Assembly (NCBI GenBank): GCA_051886215.1
Contig: JBJEXX010000111.1
Span: 2,679 to 66,678 of the forward strand
Direction: 5' to 3'
DNA: 64,000 nt
DNA from: Bacilli bacterium
GTDB taxonomy: Bacteria; Bacillota_I; Bacilli_A; RF39; UBA660
How positions within the stretch are numbered: the first letter of the stretch is position 1; each line of letters opens with the position of its first letter. The notes under the pieces were generated by a model, which saw nothing but the letters and a program-made list of their open reading frames with translations, did not search any database and was not told the DNA's origin. Shown here one piece after another: positions 45,602 to 55,954 of this stretch. The translations under genes were made by a program, and so were the position numbers.

Positions 45602-46796
45602 CTCTTCTTATTACTAAGTATTTATTATCAATACAATCTTTTTTAGTAATTTGTTTATCTTCTAATATCTTCTCTCCATTTAAAGAAATACTTCCATTTC
45701 CAATAAATTCTCTAGCTTCTCTTTTACTAGAACAAATATTATTTTCTACTAATAAATCAACAAGTAACATATCATCATTTATATTACTAGATGGAACATT
45801 TTTAAACGCCACTTCTATTTCTTTAGAAGAAAGTTTAGAAACATCTCCTGAAAATAATATTTCACTTATTTCTTGAGCTCTTTTAAATGATTCTTCACCA
45901 TGTAAATCAGTAATTATTTCACGAGCTAAAGCTTTTTGAGCAATTCTTAAATGAGGAGCTTCATTATGTTCTTCCATAGTTTTAATTATTTCTTCTACTG
46001 ATAGGAAAGTAAATACTTTCAAATAAGATTCAACCATAGAATCATCAGCATTAATAAAGTATTGGTACAACTCATATGATGAAGTTTTATTTTCATCTAG
46101 CCATAAAGCGTTCCCTTCACTTTTTCCAAATTTATTACCATTTGCATCTAATATTAAAGGCATTGTAAATGCATATGCTTCTTTATCTTCAATTTTTCTT
46201 ATTAATTCTATACCAGTAGTAATATTTCCCCACTGATCAGATCCTTCTACTTGCATTATACAGTTTTTATCTCTAAATAATCTTAAAAAATCATATCCTT
46301 GAATTAATGTATAAGAAAATTCTGCATAAGTTATTCCGGTTTCTAATCTTCTACTTATAATATCTTTATTAAGCATATAATTTACATTAATATATTTACC
46401 AACATCTCTTAAAAAAGTTAAATAATCAAATTCCTTCATCCAATCATAATTATTAACAATCTCAGCTTTTCCATCAAATATTTTATCAACTATCTTTTTT
46501 ATACCTTCTAAATTCTTATTTAATTCTTCATATGAAATAATTTCTCTTTCCGCAGTTGGTCTAGGATCTCCAATAAGACCTGTCGCTCCACCAACTAATA
46601 AAATAGGATGATGTCCATATTTAGCAAGACGTTTTGCGGTTACTAATGATGAATAATGCCCAATATGAAGACAATCCGCAGTTGGATCTGTTCCCCAATA
46701 AAACGTAATTCTCTCATCATTTAATTTCTTTTCTATATCTTCTCCTGCAACATCTTTAATTAATCCTCTCCATTTTAATTCTTCAAAAAATGTCAT
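45567..46796 (-). CDS. tyrS: Tyrosine--tRNA ligase
   Basis: HIGH motif (LHIGHY), KMSKS-like KFGKS, and a C-terminal S4-like domain. Confidence 0.97.
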   Translation of the reverse strand: MTFFEELKWRGLIKDVAGEDIEKKLNDERITFYWGTDPTADCLHIGHYSSLVTAKRLAKYGHHPILLVGGATGLIGDPRPTAEREIISYEELNKNLEGIKKIVDKIFDGKAEIVNNYDWMKEFDYLTFLRDVGKYINVNYMLNKDIISRRLETGITYAEFSYTLIQGYDFLRLFRDKNCIMQVEGSDQWGNITTGIELIRKIEDKEAYAFTMPLILDANGNKFGKSEGNALWLDENKTSSYELYQYFINADDSMVESYLKVFTFLSVEEIIKTMEEHNEAPHLRIAQKALAREIITDLHGEESFKRAQEISEILFSGDVSKLSSKEIEVAFKNVPSSNINDDMLLVDLLVENNICSSKREAREFIGNGSISLNGEKILEDKQITKKDCIDNKYLVIRRGKKKYFLVKYV

Positions 46797-46804
46797 ATTA
46801 TCTC

Positions 46805-46985
46805 TCCTTTCAAAATAAAAAGACTTTAATCACAAAGACGAGTATAAACCCGTGGTACCACTTTGTTTCATAAAATCTTATGCACTCAAAACTTTAAAGC
46901 AGTTCTACTAATAAGCTCCATATATGTAACTTCATTATATAATAGTCTAGTTTACACCAACCACTAGATCTCTAAATTCTATACA
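46805..46985 (-). promoter_or_regulatory. T-box riboswitch leader (Tyr) of tyrS
   Basis: The minus strand has a stem I AGAGA element, a candidate specifier TAC followed by A (plus 46926-46928), the T-box sequence AAAGTGGTACCACGGG (plus ~46851-46866), then a U-tract before the SD. Confidence 0.85.
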
Positions 46986-47134
46986 TATAACTAATATATA
47001 TTTCATCGCTTTTATATATAATATGTTAACATACTAAAAACAGAAAGTAAAGTTTAAAAAACAACTAATATAATGTATAACCCTTACATAAAAAATAAAC
47101 TATGCTTAAATATTAAAAAAAATAAAAAAGAAGA

Positions 47135-47539
47135 TTATTCTTCCTCTAATTTATTTAATACTTCTCTTATAACACTAGCAGCTTTCTTTTTTAATTCTTT
47201 TGCTGTTTTTTCTAATACTGGTGTACCTTTTTCAATAGTATATTTTACTAAATCTTCACATTTATTTTCTACTTCCTTAGCTTTCTTTTTAGCAATTTTT
47301 AAAGCTTTTTCTTTATCTAAATCTGCAAGTTCTACACGAATTTCAGTAACTTTTTTATTAACATAATCTTTAACTTCATCAACGTCAATATTTTTTGCTT
47401 TATCAATTAATTCATCCATTTTGTTTTTTAAATCTGCTCGTAACTCACTACCTTTTTTAGGAGCGAATAACATACCAAGTGCTGCACCAACTGAAGCACC
47501 AATTATAAACTTTCCTAAACCTTTACCTTTTTTACTCAT
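47135..47539 (-). CDS. YtxH-domain protein
   Basis: GKFIIGASVGAALGMLFAPKKGSELR is a YtxH signature. Start taken at the ATG at 47539, overlapping the upstream stop (ATGAGTAA). Confidence 0.7.
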   Translation of the reverse strand: MSKKGKGLGKFIIGASVGAALGMLFAPKKGSELRADLKNKMDELIDKAKNIDVDEVKDYVNKKVTEIRVELADLDKEKALKIAKKKAKEVENKCEDLVKYTIEKGTPVLEKTAKELKKKAASVIREVLNKLEEE

Positions 47540-47855
47540 TTTCTTCAATCCTTTCGTTTTCTTCCTCTTCAATTTTTTCTTTTTTAGACTTCTTTTTCTT
47601 TGTAAATATTTTAGTAATTAAATTTCCTAAACCATCAACTAATTTATCACTTATATCAGCCATTGCATCTGTTAAAAAATCAACAATAGAAAATAAGCCA
47701 TTTAAAGAATTAACTTTTTTTTCAACAGAATCAACAACTTTATCCATCCTGTCTAATGTTTTAATCATCTTAATTCCTAAAACTATTAATACAATTAATA
47801 ATATGCTACCTAGTATATAAATTATTATAGGTAATATTGTAGAAACAAAATCCAT
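47532..47855 (-). CDS. DUF948-like membrane protein (YtxG-like)
   Basis: N-terminal TM followed by a helical region. Adjacent to the YtxH-domain gene as in the Bacillus ytxGHJ cluster. Confidence 0.5.
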   Translation of the reverse strand: MDFVSTILPIIIYILGSILLIVLIVLGIKMIKTLDRMDKVVDSVEKKVNSLNGLFSIVDFLTDAMADISDKLVDGLGNLITKIFTKKKKSKKEKIEEEENERIEENE

Positions 47856-47857
47856 AA

Positions 47858-48913
47858 CTATTCTCCTTCATCATACATTGAATCAATTAAATCAAATAAA
47901 TTATCTTCGATATCTATATTTATATCATCTTCATCTTTTTCTTTAGAACGTTTTTTCTTAGGTTCATCTGTTATTACTTGTTCTCTATCTTCTTCAGATA
48001 CTTCTTCTTTTTCAGATCTAGTTTTTCTTTTAGACCTCGTTTTCTTTTTACTATCTTTATAATCAACATTATATTCTAAACCAAGATCTTCAAAATATTC
48101 TTCAGCATCTCCCACTGTAACACTATCAACAATAGGCTTCATTTGTGTATCTGTCATATCAATTGTATCATTATCTACATCTGTAATTTCAATATCATTA
48201 GTTTCTTCTATATCGTCCTCTATTTCACTTACTGTTGCTTCTGTAACTCCTTCAGGAATTCCAAAAGCTTTCGCACGAACTTCATCAAGATCTAATTTAG
48301 TAGAACTAAAACTAAATACTGGAGGATCTTTTCTTTCTGGTTTATTTTTTTCTCTAATTTCATCTGATTTATAATTTTTATCAAGCACTCCGTATACAGG
48401 AGAAATAACTGGAGAAGGTTTAAATGCTTTTACTTCTTTTCTATCTCTTAAACTATATGATGCTGAATTAAGATCTCTAGTATAACTATTAGAATATGGT
48501 TCTTTATGATAATCACTTTCATAGTTAACAGTAACTCTATCAGTATCACTTACTCCATATATATTATTTTCTCTTTTTGGTTCTTTATACTCAATTTTTT
48601 CATCTATTATATTTTCTTCTTCAGTTATTTCTTCTTCATCATCTAAAATAACTTGAAATTTAAAATTATCATCAGAATTTTTTTTGAAATTTTCTTCAAC
48701 TAAATCATCTTTAACATCATCTTCAATAAAATCCTCTAACTCTTCTATTGGTTCTTCTTCAATAATTTCTTTTTGTATTTCTTTAGGCTCTCTTTTAGGA
48801 ACCTCAACTTTCTTTACTAATGGTTTCTCTTTTTTTACTTTTTTTGGTTTTTCTTCTACTTCAATCTCTTCTTCTTCAAAAAATACATTTTTTAATTTAT
48901 CTAATAAACCCAT
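47858..48913 (-). CDS. Highly acidic low-complexity protein with N-terminal amphipathic helix
   Basis: GGAGG sits 8 nt before the ATG at 48913. The N-terminus is MGLLDKLKNVFF and the rest is Glu/Asp/Lys-rich. Confidence 0.5.
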   Translation of the reverse strand: MGLLDKLKNVFFEEEEIEVEEKPKKVKKEKPLVKKVEVPKREPKEIQKEIIEEEPIEELEDFIEDDVKDDLVEENFKKNSDDNFKFQVILDDEEEITEEENIIDEKIEYKEPKRENNIYGVSDTDRVTVNYESDYHKEPYSNSYTRDLNSASYSLRDRKEVKAFKPSPVISPVYGVLDKNYKSDEIREKNKPERKDPPVFSFSSTKLDLDEVRAKAFGIPEGVTEATVSEIEDDIEETNDIEITDVDNDTIDMTDTQMKPIVDSVTVGDAEEYFEDLGLEYNVDYKDSKKKTRSKRKTRSEKEEVSEEDREQVITDEPKKKRSKEKDEDDINIDIEDNLFDLIDSMYDEGE

Positions 48914-48927
48914 TTTAATAACCTCCA

Positions 48928-49596
48928 TTAATCCTCAGATTTATCTATTGTTATTTGATCATCTGTTGGCAACTCTCCATCTACATCATAATATTTATCA
49001 TATTCTTGAACATATTGCAAGAAACTACTAGTATCTTTTTCTTCATCAAATAAACTAAATTGTTCTGATGAATAGTTAAGTTTATTATCACCAACCATAC
49101 TTTCTATTATATTTCTATTAAACTGTATTGAATTCAAAATATAACAAATATTAATAACAGAATCTTTTAAATCATCTTTTTTTACATAAGTTTCTATTTT
49201 TGCGTAATTATAATAAGCCTCAATATAATAATCATCATCATTTTCTTTAATATCAATATATCCAGTCTTATTTTTATAATTAATATTTTTAGAAAAATAT
49301 AAGTTACCATTTTCTTTATGTTTTATATTATTTTTATAATAATAAGAAATAATATCAACATATAAATAATAATCATTATTATTATAAGATAATAGTTGAT
49401 TATAATCATGTTTTTCTTTTAATATTACTCCGTGCGGTATATAGTATTTATAACCTTCCAAAACAACATTATCTAATTTAATATTTTGTTCTAAAACTTT
49501 ATCTATTACAACATCTAAATCATCATAATTAAAACTATTAATACTACAACCAGTAACTAACAATACTGCCAAGAGTAAAACAAATAATTTTTTCAT
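48928..49596 (-). CDS. Putative lipoprotein
   Basis: Signal peptide with lipobox LLVTGC. Confidence 0.65.
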   Translation of the reverse strand: MKKLFVLLLAVLLVTGCSINSFNYDDLDVVIDKVLEQNIKLDNVVLEGYKYYIPHGVILKEKHDYNQLLSYNNNDYYLYVDIISYYYKNNIKHKENGNLYFSKNINYKNKTGYIDIKENDDDYYIEAYYNYAKIETYVKKDDLKDSVINICYILNSIQFNRNIIESMVGDNKLNYSSEQFSLFDEEKDTSSFLQYVQEYDKYYDVDGELPTDDQITIDKSED

Positions 49597-49650
49597 ATTC
49601 CACCTACTCTTATATCATTATAACAAATTTTTTACAATTTATCTACTATT

Positions 49651-50280
49651 TTAATCTTTATATCCTTTTAACTCATATATTCTATTATTTAAACTAACAA
49701 ATTTATCTTCATATTCAGTAGTTATTCTTTCTTCATCCTCTATTTTATGCAAATCCAAACTAACATCTTTTAATTTATAACCATAATCACTCATACTCTC
49801 AATAGAATATTCAAACAAGTGCTGATTATCAGTTCTAAGATAGATACTTTTTTCATTTTTAAATAAATTTTCATATTTATTTAAAAACACCGGAGAAGTA
49901 AGTCTTCTTAATGCATGTCTTTTTTTAGGCCATGGATCTGAAAAATTTAAATAAATCCTATCTATTTCATGAGAAAAAACTTCATCTATATTTAAAGCAT
50001 CCATTCTAATAATATAAAGATTTGGAAGTTCTTCTTTCACCCTTTCTATAAGTCTTGCTAAAACACTATCAAACTTTTCAATCCCTATAAAATTAATATT
50101 AGGATATTTCAAAGCATTTTCATAAACAAATTTACCTTTCCCAGAACCTATCTCAATATATATTGGATTATTATTTTTAAATAATTCATGCCAATGACCT
50201 TTATAAATAATTGGATCTACTATTAAAAAATTACAATTATTCAAAATTTCTTCTTTATTTTTTACATTTCTTAGTCTCAT
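49651..50280 (-). CDS. trmB: tRNA (guanine-N7)-methyltransferase
   Basis: MRLRNVKN N-terminus, SAM-binding EIGSGKG, and the FSDPWPKKRH motif. Confidence 0.9.
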   Translation of the reverse strand: MRLRNVKNKEEILNNCNFLIVDPIIYKGHWHELFKNNNPIYIEIGSGKGKFVYENALKYPNINFIGIEKFDSVLARLIERVKEELPNLYIIRMDALNIDEVFSHEIDRIYLNFSDPWPKKRHALRRLTSPVFLNKYENLFKNEKSIYLRTDNQHLFEYSIESMSDYGYKLKDVSLDLHKIEDEERITTEYEDKFVSLNNRIYELKGYKD

Positions 50281-50356
50281 ATAAAACACCTATGAATATT
50301 ATACAATATAGTAACTAAAAAATAAAGTAATCATAAAATAAAAAAGAGGAGATATT

Positions 50357-50557
50357 ATGAATAATCAAATACCATTTTTTATGCCAATGTATCCAAATAA
50401 TAGATTAGATAATAATATTATTGAAAGATTAAATATAATTGAAAAAAGATTAGACAAAATTGAAGAAAGAATTACAAATTTAGAGAAGACAAAAATAATA
50501 AAATTGGAGAACAAAAAAAATTCTTATGAAAATTTTAAAGAAGGATACATGATTTAA
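50357..50557 (+). CDS. Hypothetical 66-aa protein
   Basis: GAGGAG SD sits 6 nt upstream of the ATG. Central coiled-coil-like segment. No family recognised. Confidence 0.45.
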   Translation: MNNQIPFFMPMYPNNRLDNNIIERLNIIEKRLDKIEERITNLEKTKIIKLENKKNSYENFKEGYMI

Positions 50558-50636
50558 TAATTGAATTGTATAAAGGTTTTTACCTTTATTTTTTTTTAAA
50601 TAACGTTTATACTAATATTATAAGGATGTGTTCATA

Positions 50637-51935
50637 ATGAAATTTTTAACAAATGTTCCTAAAAAAGAATATGAAAAGTTTGTAACTTCACATGAAAAAG
50701 CTCATTTTCTACAAAGCTATAGTTGGGGAGAATTCGCTAAAAGAGAAAAAGGATTAATACCTTATTATGTAGGATTAAAAGATAAAGATAAATTGGTTGC
50801 GACTGCTTTATTATTAGAAAAAAAATTACCATTAGGCTTCAGTTATTTTTATAGTCCACGTGGTTATGTAATAGATTTTAAAAATAAAAAACTATTAACA
50901 GAATTTCATAATAATATTATAAGTTTTATAAAAAAACAAAAAGCAATTTTTATAAAAATAGATCCAGATATAGTAATAAACAAACAAAACTATTTAAATG
51001 AAAAGCAAGACATAAATTCTGATGAATTAAAACAAAAATTAGATAATATAGTAAGTTTAGGCTATCGTCATCAAGGATTTACTAAATATTTTGAAACAAT
51101 GCAACCAAGATTAACTTTTAGAATAGATATGAATGATACTTTAGAAAACATTGAAAACAAATTTTCAAAAACTACTAAACAAAGAATTAAAAAAGCTGAA
51201 AAATTAGGTGTTGAAACATATCTAGGTAATAAAGACGATATAAAAACATTCTATAATTTAATGCTTTTAACTGAAAATAGAAAAGATTTTGTATCTCATA
51301 ATCTAGAATATTATGAAAAATTATATGATATATATAATAAAGACAATAAAATGTTATTATTTTTAGGTAAAGTAAATATAGATAAAATATTAAAAATATT
51401 AGATAAAGATAAAAGTGAAATAAAAAAAGAATTAGAACAATTTGATACAAAAGAAACATTAGGAAAAAGTGCTCACAATAAACAAAAAGAATTATTGAAG
51501 CGCTTAGATAAAATAAATCTAGATATTAAAAATTATCAAGAAAACAAAGAAAAATATGGAAACGAAATAGTATTAAATGCCCATGTAATATTAACTTATA
51601 AAGATAAAGCTTGGGTAGTTTATGCTGGCAATCATAATATTTTAACTGAAACATATTCTAATTATTTAACATACAAACATCATATTGAATATTGTTATGA
51701 AAATAGTATAAAGATGTATGATCAATTTGGTACTGTTAAAGATTTTGAAAACAAAAGATATAAAGGACTTCATGAATTCAAGAAAAAATTTGGTGGTGAT
51801 TATACAGAATTTTGTGGAGAATATGATTATATCACAAATAAACCAATGTATTTTGTATTTACTAAATTAGTTCCATTATATAGAAATATAATTAAAAATA
51901 TTGCTAAAATTATTAATAGGAGGAAAGAACAATGA
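50637..51935 (+). CDS. FemAB-family peptidoglycan interpeptide-bridge aminoacyltransferase (paralog 1)
   Basis: HFLQSYSWGEF, FYSPRGY, a central Lys/Glu coiled-coil insert, and C-terminal F..FKKKFGG. Confidence 0.8.
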   Translation: MKFLTNVPKKEYEKFVTSHEKAHFLQSYSWGEFAKREKGLIPYYVGLKDKDKLVATALLLEKKLPLGFSYFYSPRGYVIDFKNKKLLTEFHNNIISFIKKQKAIFIKIDPDIVINKQNYLNEKQDINSDELKQKLDNIVSLGYRHQGFTKYFETMQPRLTFRIDMNDTLENIENKFSKTTKQRIKKAEKLGVETYLGNKDDIKTFYNLMLLTENRKDFVSHNLEYYEKLYDIYNKDNKMLLFLGKVNIDKILKILDKDKSEIKKELEQFDTKETLGKSAHNKQKELLKRLDKINLDIKNYQENKEKYGNEIVLNAHVILTYKDKAWVVYAGNHNILTETYSNYLTYKHHIEYCYENSIKMYDQFGTVKDFENKRYKGLHEFKKKFGGDYTEFCGEYDYITNKPMYFVFTKLVPLYRNIIKNIAKIINRRKEQ

Positions 51936-53236
51936 AATTAGTTGAACTAGAAGAAAAAGAATTTAAAAAGTTTGCTGATAAACATGAACAAATTACATTT
52001 CACCAAACTATAAATTGGGGTAATTTAAAAAAGACTAATGGTTGGATTTCTCATTATATAGGTGCTATGATTAATAAAAAAATAGTTGCCGGAGCTTTAA
52101 TTTTAGAAAAAACAACTCCATTAAAAAAGAATATGTTTTATTCACCAAGAGGCTTCCTAATTGATTATAATGACAAAAAATTATTAAAAGAATTTACTAT
52201 TGAAATTAAAAAATACTTAAAAAATAAAAATGGTATCTTTTGTAAAATAGATCCATATGTTATTCATAAAGAAAGAGATATTGATGGAAATATTATTAAA
52301 GATGGTATTGATAACACTAATGTAATTAATAATTTAAAAGAATTAGGATATAAACATTTTGGATTTAACTTAATGCAAGATACACTCCAACCAAGATGGA
52401 TGTTTACTCTAACATTTAATGGTAAGAACGAAGAAGAAATAATGAAAGAAATGGATCCAAAAACTAGACAATTACTTAGAAAAAATGAAAGAAGTTGTAT
52501 CAAATGTAGGGAAATAAGTTATGATGAAATAAAAACTTTTAAAGATATTATGCAACATACAGGAGATAGAAGAGACTTTATAGATAGACCATTATCTTAT
52601 TATCAAGATATGTGGAACAATTTACATGACGATGGAATATTTAAAATATTATTTGTAGAACTTCATACAAAAGAATATATTAATGTCTTAGAAGAAGAAA
52701 TAAATCAATTAAAAAAAGAGATGAAAGAAAGAGCCTATAAAAAAGATAATAATATTTTAAAAATGAATGAAAAAAAATTTAACTCTCATCAAAAACAAGA
52801 TGAAGAAACTATAAAAAGAAATGAAAAGAAGATAAAAGAAATAAAAGCTTTACAAAAACAATATGGAGATATTATTACAATGGGTGGAATATCATTTTTA
52901 ATATATGGAGATGAAGTATTATCTTTAAATGGTGGTACATACGCTGAATTTATGAATTTTAATTCTGCCTATACACTACATTGGGAAATGGTAAAGTACG
53001 CCATTAATAATGGTTATAAAAGATATAATTTTTATGGTATAACTGGCGACTTTAATGAATCTAATCCTCTATATGGCTTATACTTATTTAAAAGAGGCTT
53101 TGGAGGAGAAGTAACTGAACTTATAGGAGAATTTGATCTAGTAATAAATAAACCATATTATTACTTATATAAGCTAGCTTTTTCTTCATATAAAGCACTT
53201 AAAAATATAAAAAATAAGTTAAGAAAAAACAGGTAA
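51932..53236 (+). CDS. FemAB-family aminoacyltransferase (paralog 2)
   Basis: Same motif set (FHQTINWG, FYSPRGF, coiled-coil insert, FKRGFGG). ATGA overlap with paralog 1. Confidence 0.8.
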   Translation: MKLVELEEKEFKKFADKHEQITFHQTINWGNLKKTNGWISHYIGAMINKKIVAGALILEKTTPLKKNMFYSPRGFLIDYNDKKLLKEFTIEIKKYLKNKNGIFCKIDPYVIHKERDIDGNIIKDGIDNTNVINNLKELGYKHFGFNLMQDTLQPRWMFTLTFNGKNEEEIMKEMDPKTRQLLRKNERSCIKCREISYDEIKTFKDIMQHTGDRRDFIDRPLSYYQDMWNNLHDDGIFKILFVELHTKEYINVLEEEINQLKKEMKERAYKKDNNILKMNEKKFNSHQKQDEETIKRNEKKIKEIKALQKQYGDIITMGGISFLIYGDEVLSLNGGTYAEFMNFNSAYTLHWEMVKYAINNGYKRYNFYGITGDFNESNPLYGLYLFKRGFGGEVTELIGEFDLVINKPYYYLYKLAFSSYKALKNIKNKLRKNR

Positions 53237-53246
53237 AACCCTGTTT

Positions 53247-53810
53247 TTATTTTAATATTTTACCACTAGTAACAAAGTCTAAATAATCATCTGCACTTAA
53301 ATGATTATTAGGTTCTTTATATTCAAATAACTTTATAGCGCCTATTTCTTCTTTTGAAATATTATATTCGTTTTTAAGAAACTTTATATACCTACTTAAT
53401 TGATCATTTAATAAATCATCAATAAATAAATATTTATGAACTCCACCATTAGGAGCATCAGAGTTTTCAAACCAACACCAATTATTATTATCTTTAAATA
53501 TTAAAAATGAATGAGTTGGATATATATTATCATAATCTAATAAAACCATTTCAAAAACTGTTTTAACTTCATATCCATGTTCTAAAAACCAAATTCTTTC
53601 AAATTCTACTTGATCCCAACAATTACCTAATTTAGTATTTAAAACATCACTATGATTTTCTAATACATAAACATCTCTCCAAATATCATTAAAATCAGCT
53701 TCAACAGGAGTATGCACTTTATTAAATTTATCTAAATAACCATAACTAATATTATACTTCATCCAATCATATAACTCTTCTGGAGTTACTATATCTTTAT
53801 ATTCTTTCAT
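53247..53810 (-). CDS. Hypothetical protein (possible transglutaminase-like Cys fold)
   Basis: 187 aa. The GNCWDQVEF motif is only suggestive. Confidence 0.4.
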   Translation of the reverse strand: MKEYKDIVTPEELYDWMKYNISYGYLDKFNKVHTPVEADFNDIWRDVYVLENHSDVLNTKLGNCWDQVEFERIWFLEHGYEVKTVFEMVLLDYDNIYPTHSFLIFKDNNNWCWFENSDAPNGGVHKYLFIDDLLNDQLSRYIKFLKNEYNISKEEIGAIKLFEYKEPNNHLSADDYLDFVTSGKILK

Positions 53811-53853
53811 ATTGAATCCCCACTTATAGATATATTATAAAACATAAAATAAA

Positions 53854-54678
53854 TTAATGTAAAGAAAGAAGAACAAGACCTAAAAAAACTATTATTATAT
53901 TAATTAATTCTTTTATATTAGGCTTATTTTTAATTCTTAATAAAAATGCTAATAAAGTAGTTATGATCAAAGTAATAGGTTTAATCATTTGAGAATATAT
54001 AACAGCATTACTAGATAAATAATTCGCAGAGTATATAAGACCAAAATTAAATATTTGTTGAATAAAAAGAATTACTAATATTTTTTTACTTATTTTAAAA
54101 TCAATATTCTTATTTTTTACATTAACTAATACTAATATAATATTTAAAAGTAAGATATATAGAGAATTAGACCAATATTTTAAAATATAAAAAGCAACAT
54201 ATCCAATTCCTAAATCAGTAATTATTCTAATAATTAAATCTTTTTTTAAATCTTTTAAAGATAGTTTTACTTTTGAAAAAGAAAAAATACCATAAATTAT
54301 TAATATAATAGAAATTACTGAAATTAAAGAAAAAGTTTTAATTTTAATAATACAATCAATAACATACGCGAATAATATAGACAAAGACATGTAAGTAGTA
54401 ACTTCATGAGGTTCCAAATATTTTAAAATTCCTACAATAGATTGTTGTTTATAATATCTAAAGATCATAGCTAGAAATAATAATAAAATTGGAATTATAC
54501 TAAAAGAAAATCTTATTTTATCAAAACACATAGTAAAAATAGCAAATGGAATGATGAATAAACACTCAAAGAAAAAATACGTCTTTTTACTTATACCACT
54601 TGAAACAATTAATTTATCTAAATAAGTAGAAAGAGTACTACAAAAAGATCCTATAATCATAATAATAAATAAATTCAT
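53854..54678 (-). CDS. Polytopic membrane protein
   Basis: 274 aa with about 8-9 hydrophobic segments. No family recognised. Confidence 0.5.
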   Translation of the reverse strand: MNLFIIMIIGSFCSTLSTYLDKLIVSSGISKKTYFFFECLFIIPFAIFTMCFDKIRFSFSIIPILLLFLAMIFRYYKQQSIVGILKYLEPHEVTTYMSLSILFAYVIDCIIKIKTFSLISVISIILIIYGIFSFSKVKLSLKDLKKDLIIRIITDLGIGYVAFYILKYWSNSLYILLLNIILVLVNVKNKNIDFKISKKILVILFIQQIFNFGLIYSANYLSSNAVIYSQMIKPITLIITTLLAFLLRIKNKPNIKELINIIIVFLGLVLLSLH

Positions 54679-54732
54679 AATAACACCAAAAAAACACTTA
54701 TATAAATATTAAATGTTTATTTATAAAAAGTG

Positions 54733-55953
54733 TTATTTTTTTATTTTAGAAATTATTTTAAATATGTAATAGAAAATACTAGTAGGAAGTTCATACTCAC
54801 CTATTAATTCTTCTACATAACCAGTAAAACCTTTCTTAAAATCATATATTCCATAATTCTCTGGATGTTCATTGATATTAGCAGGTATTCCATAAAAATT
54901 ATACCTTCTAAATTTATCATTATTTTTAATTCCTCTAGTAATCATTTCCCACTGAATAATGTATGGAGCACATAAATACATATATTCTTTATAATTACCT
55001 CCAAATAAATAGACTATCTCATCACCATAAGTAATAAATACACCACCAGATAAAGGAATAATATTACCATGTGCTTTCTTTAATACCTTCGCATCACTTA
55101 TTTTTTCTTCAATTCCCGCAATTACTTCTTGTTGTTTATCCATTTTTTCAACTGTTGCGTTATTTTTCATCAAAGTATTTAATTTATCTTTTTCTTCTTC
55201 TAATTGTTTCTTATGCTCTTTTATATATTCTTGTAAATGTATTTCCGCAACAATATAATTAATTTCATCTTTTGGTTTAAATAATTTATACATATCTTGA
55301 AAATATTTTAAATCTCTATTAGAAAAACCTTTTCTATTACTAGTAGAATCAGTTAAATCTTTTATTAAACTAAGTTCATCATAAGGAACCTCTCTAATAT
55401 GAATTGCGTTTTTTAAACCTTTATTTATATTTCTTCTAGTAAAAGAACGCATTCTTTTTAATAAATCTTGTTCAGTTACATCTAAATCTAAACAAAACAT
55501 CCAACCTACTTGTTCTAAATTTTGACTTTTCTTAAATCCTAAATTAAATAGATTATCAACTATTTTAGAATTATCTAAACCTTCCTCAACAATATTTCCA
55601 TCTATATCTCTTTCTTTATATATAACATATGGATCTATTCTTAATATATAACCATTTTTTTTCTTTATATATTTTTTTAAGTTATCAGCAAAAAATGTTA
55701 ATAAGTCTATATCATTAAAATCAATTAAAAATCCTCTTGGTGAATAAAATTCATATTTTCCAAAGTGTCTTTTTTTTGATACTAACATCGTTGCACAAAC
55801 AATCTTATTTTTATTTTTTACTCCAACATAATTAACATTCCAACCAGACTTTTTTCTTAATTTACCTATTTCTGGAGTTTGTAAAAAAGTCTTTAAAGGA
55901 TGTTTATCTAAAAATTTTCTAAATTCATTTTCTTTTAATTCAATAAATTCCAT
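54733..55953 (-). CDS. FemAB-family aminoacyltransferase (paralog 3)
   Basis: FLQTPEIG, FYSPRGF, coiled-coil insert, FKKGFTG. Lies 1 nt downstream of the murJ-like gene. Confidence 0.8.
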   Translation of the reverse strand: MEFIELKENEFRKFLDKHPLKTFLQTPEIGKLRKKSGWNVNYVGVKNKNKIVCATMLVSKKRHFGKYEFYSPRGFLIDFNDIDLLTFFADNLKKYIKKKNGYILRIDPYVIYKERDIDGNIVEEGLDNSKIVDNLFNLGFKKSQNLEQVGWMFCLDLDVTEQDLLKRMRSFTRRNINKGLKNAIHIREVPYDELSLIKDLTDSTSNRKGFSNRDLKYFQDMYKLFKPKDEINYIVAEIHLQEYIKEHKKQLEEEKDKLNTLMKNNATVEKMDKQQEVIAGIEEKISDAKVLKKAHGNIIPLSGGVFITYGDEIVYLFGGNYKEYMYLCAPYIIQWEMITRGIKNNDKFRRYNFYGIPANINEHPENYGIYDFKKGFTGYVEELIGEYELPTSIFYYIFKIISKIKK

Positions 55954-55954
55954 A

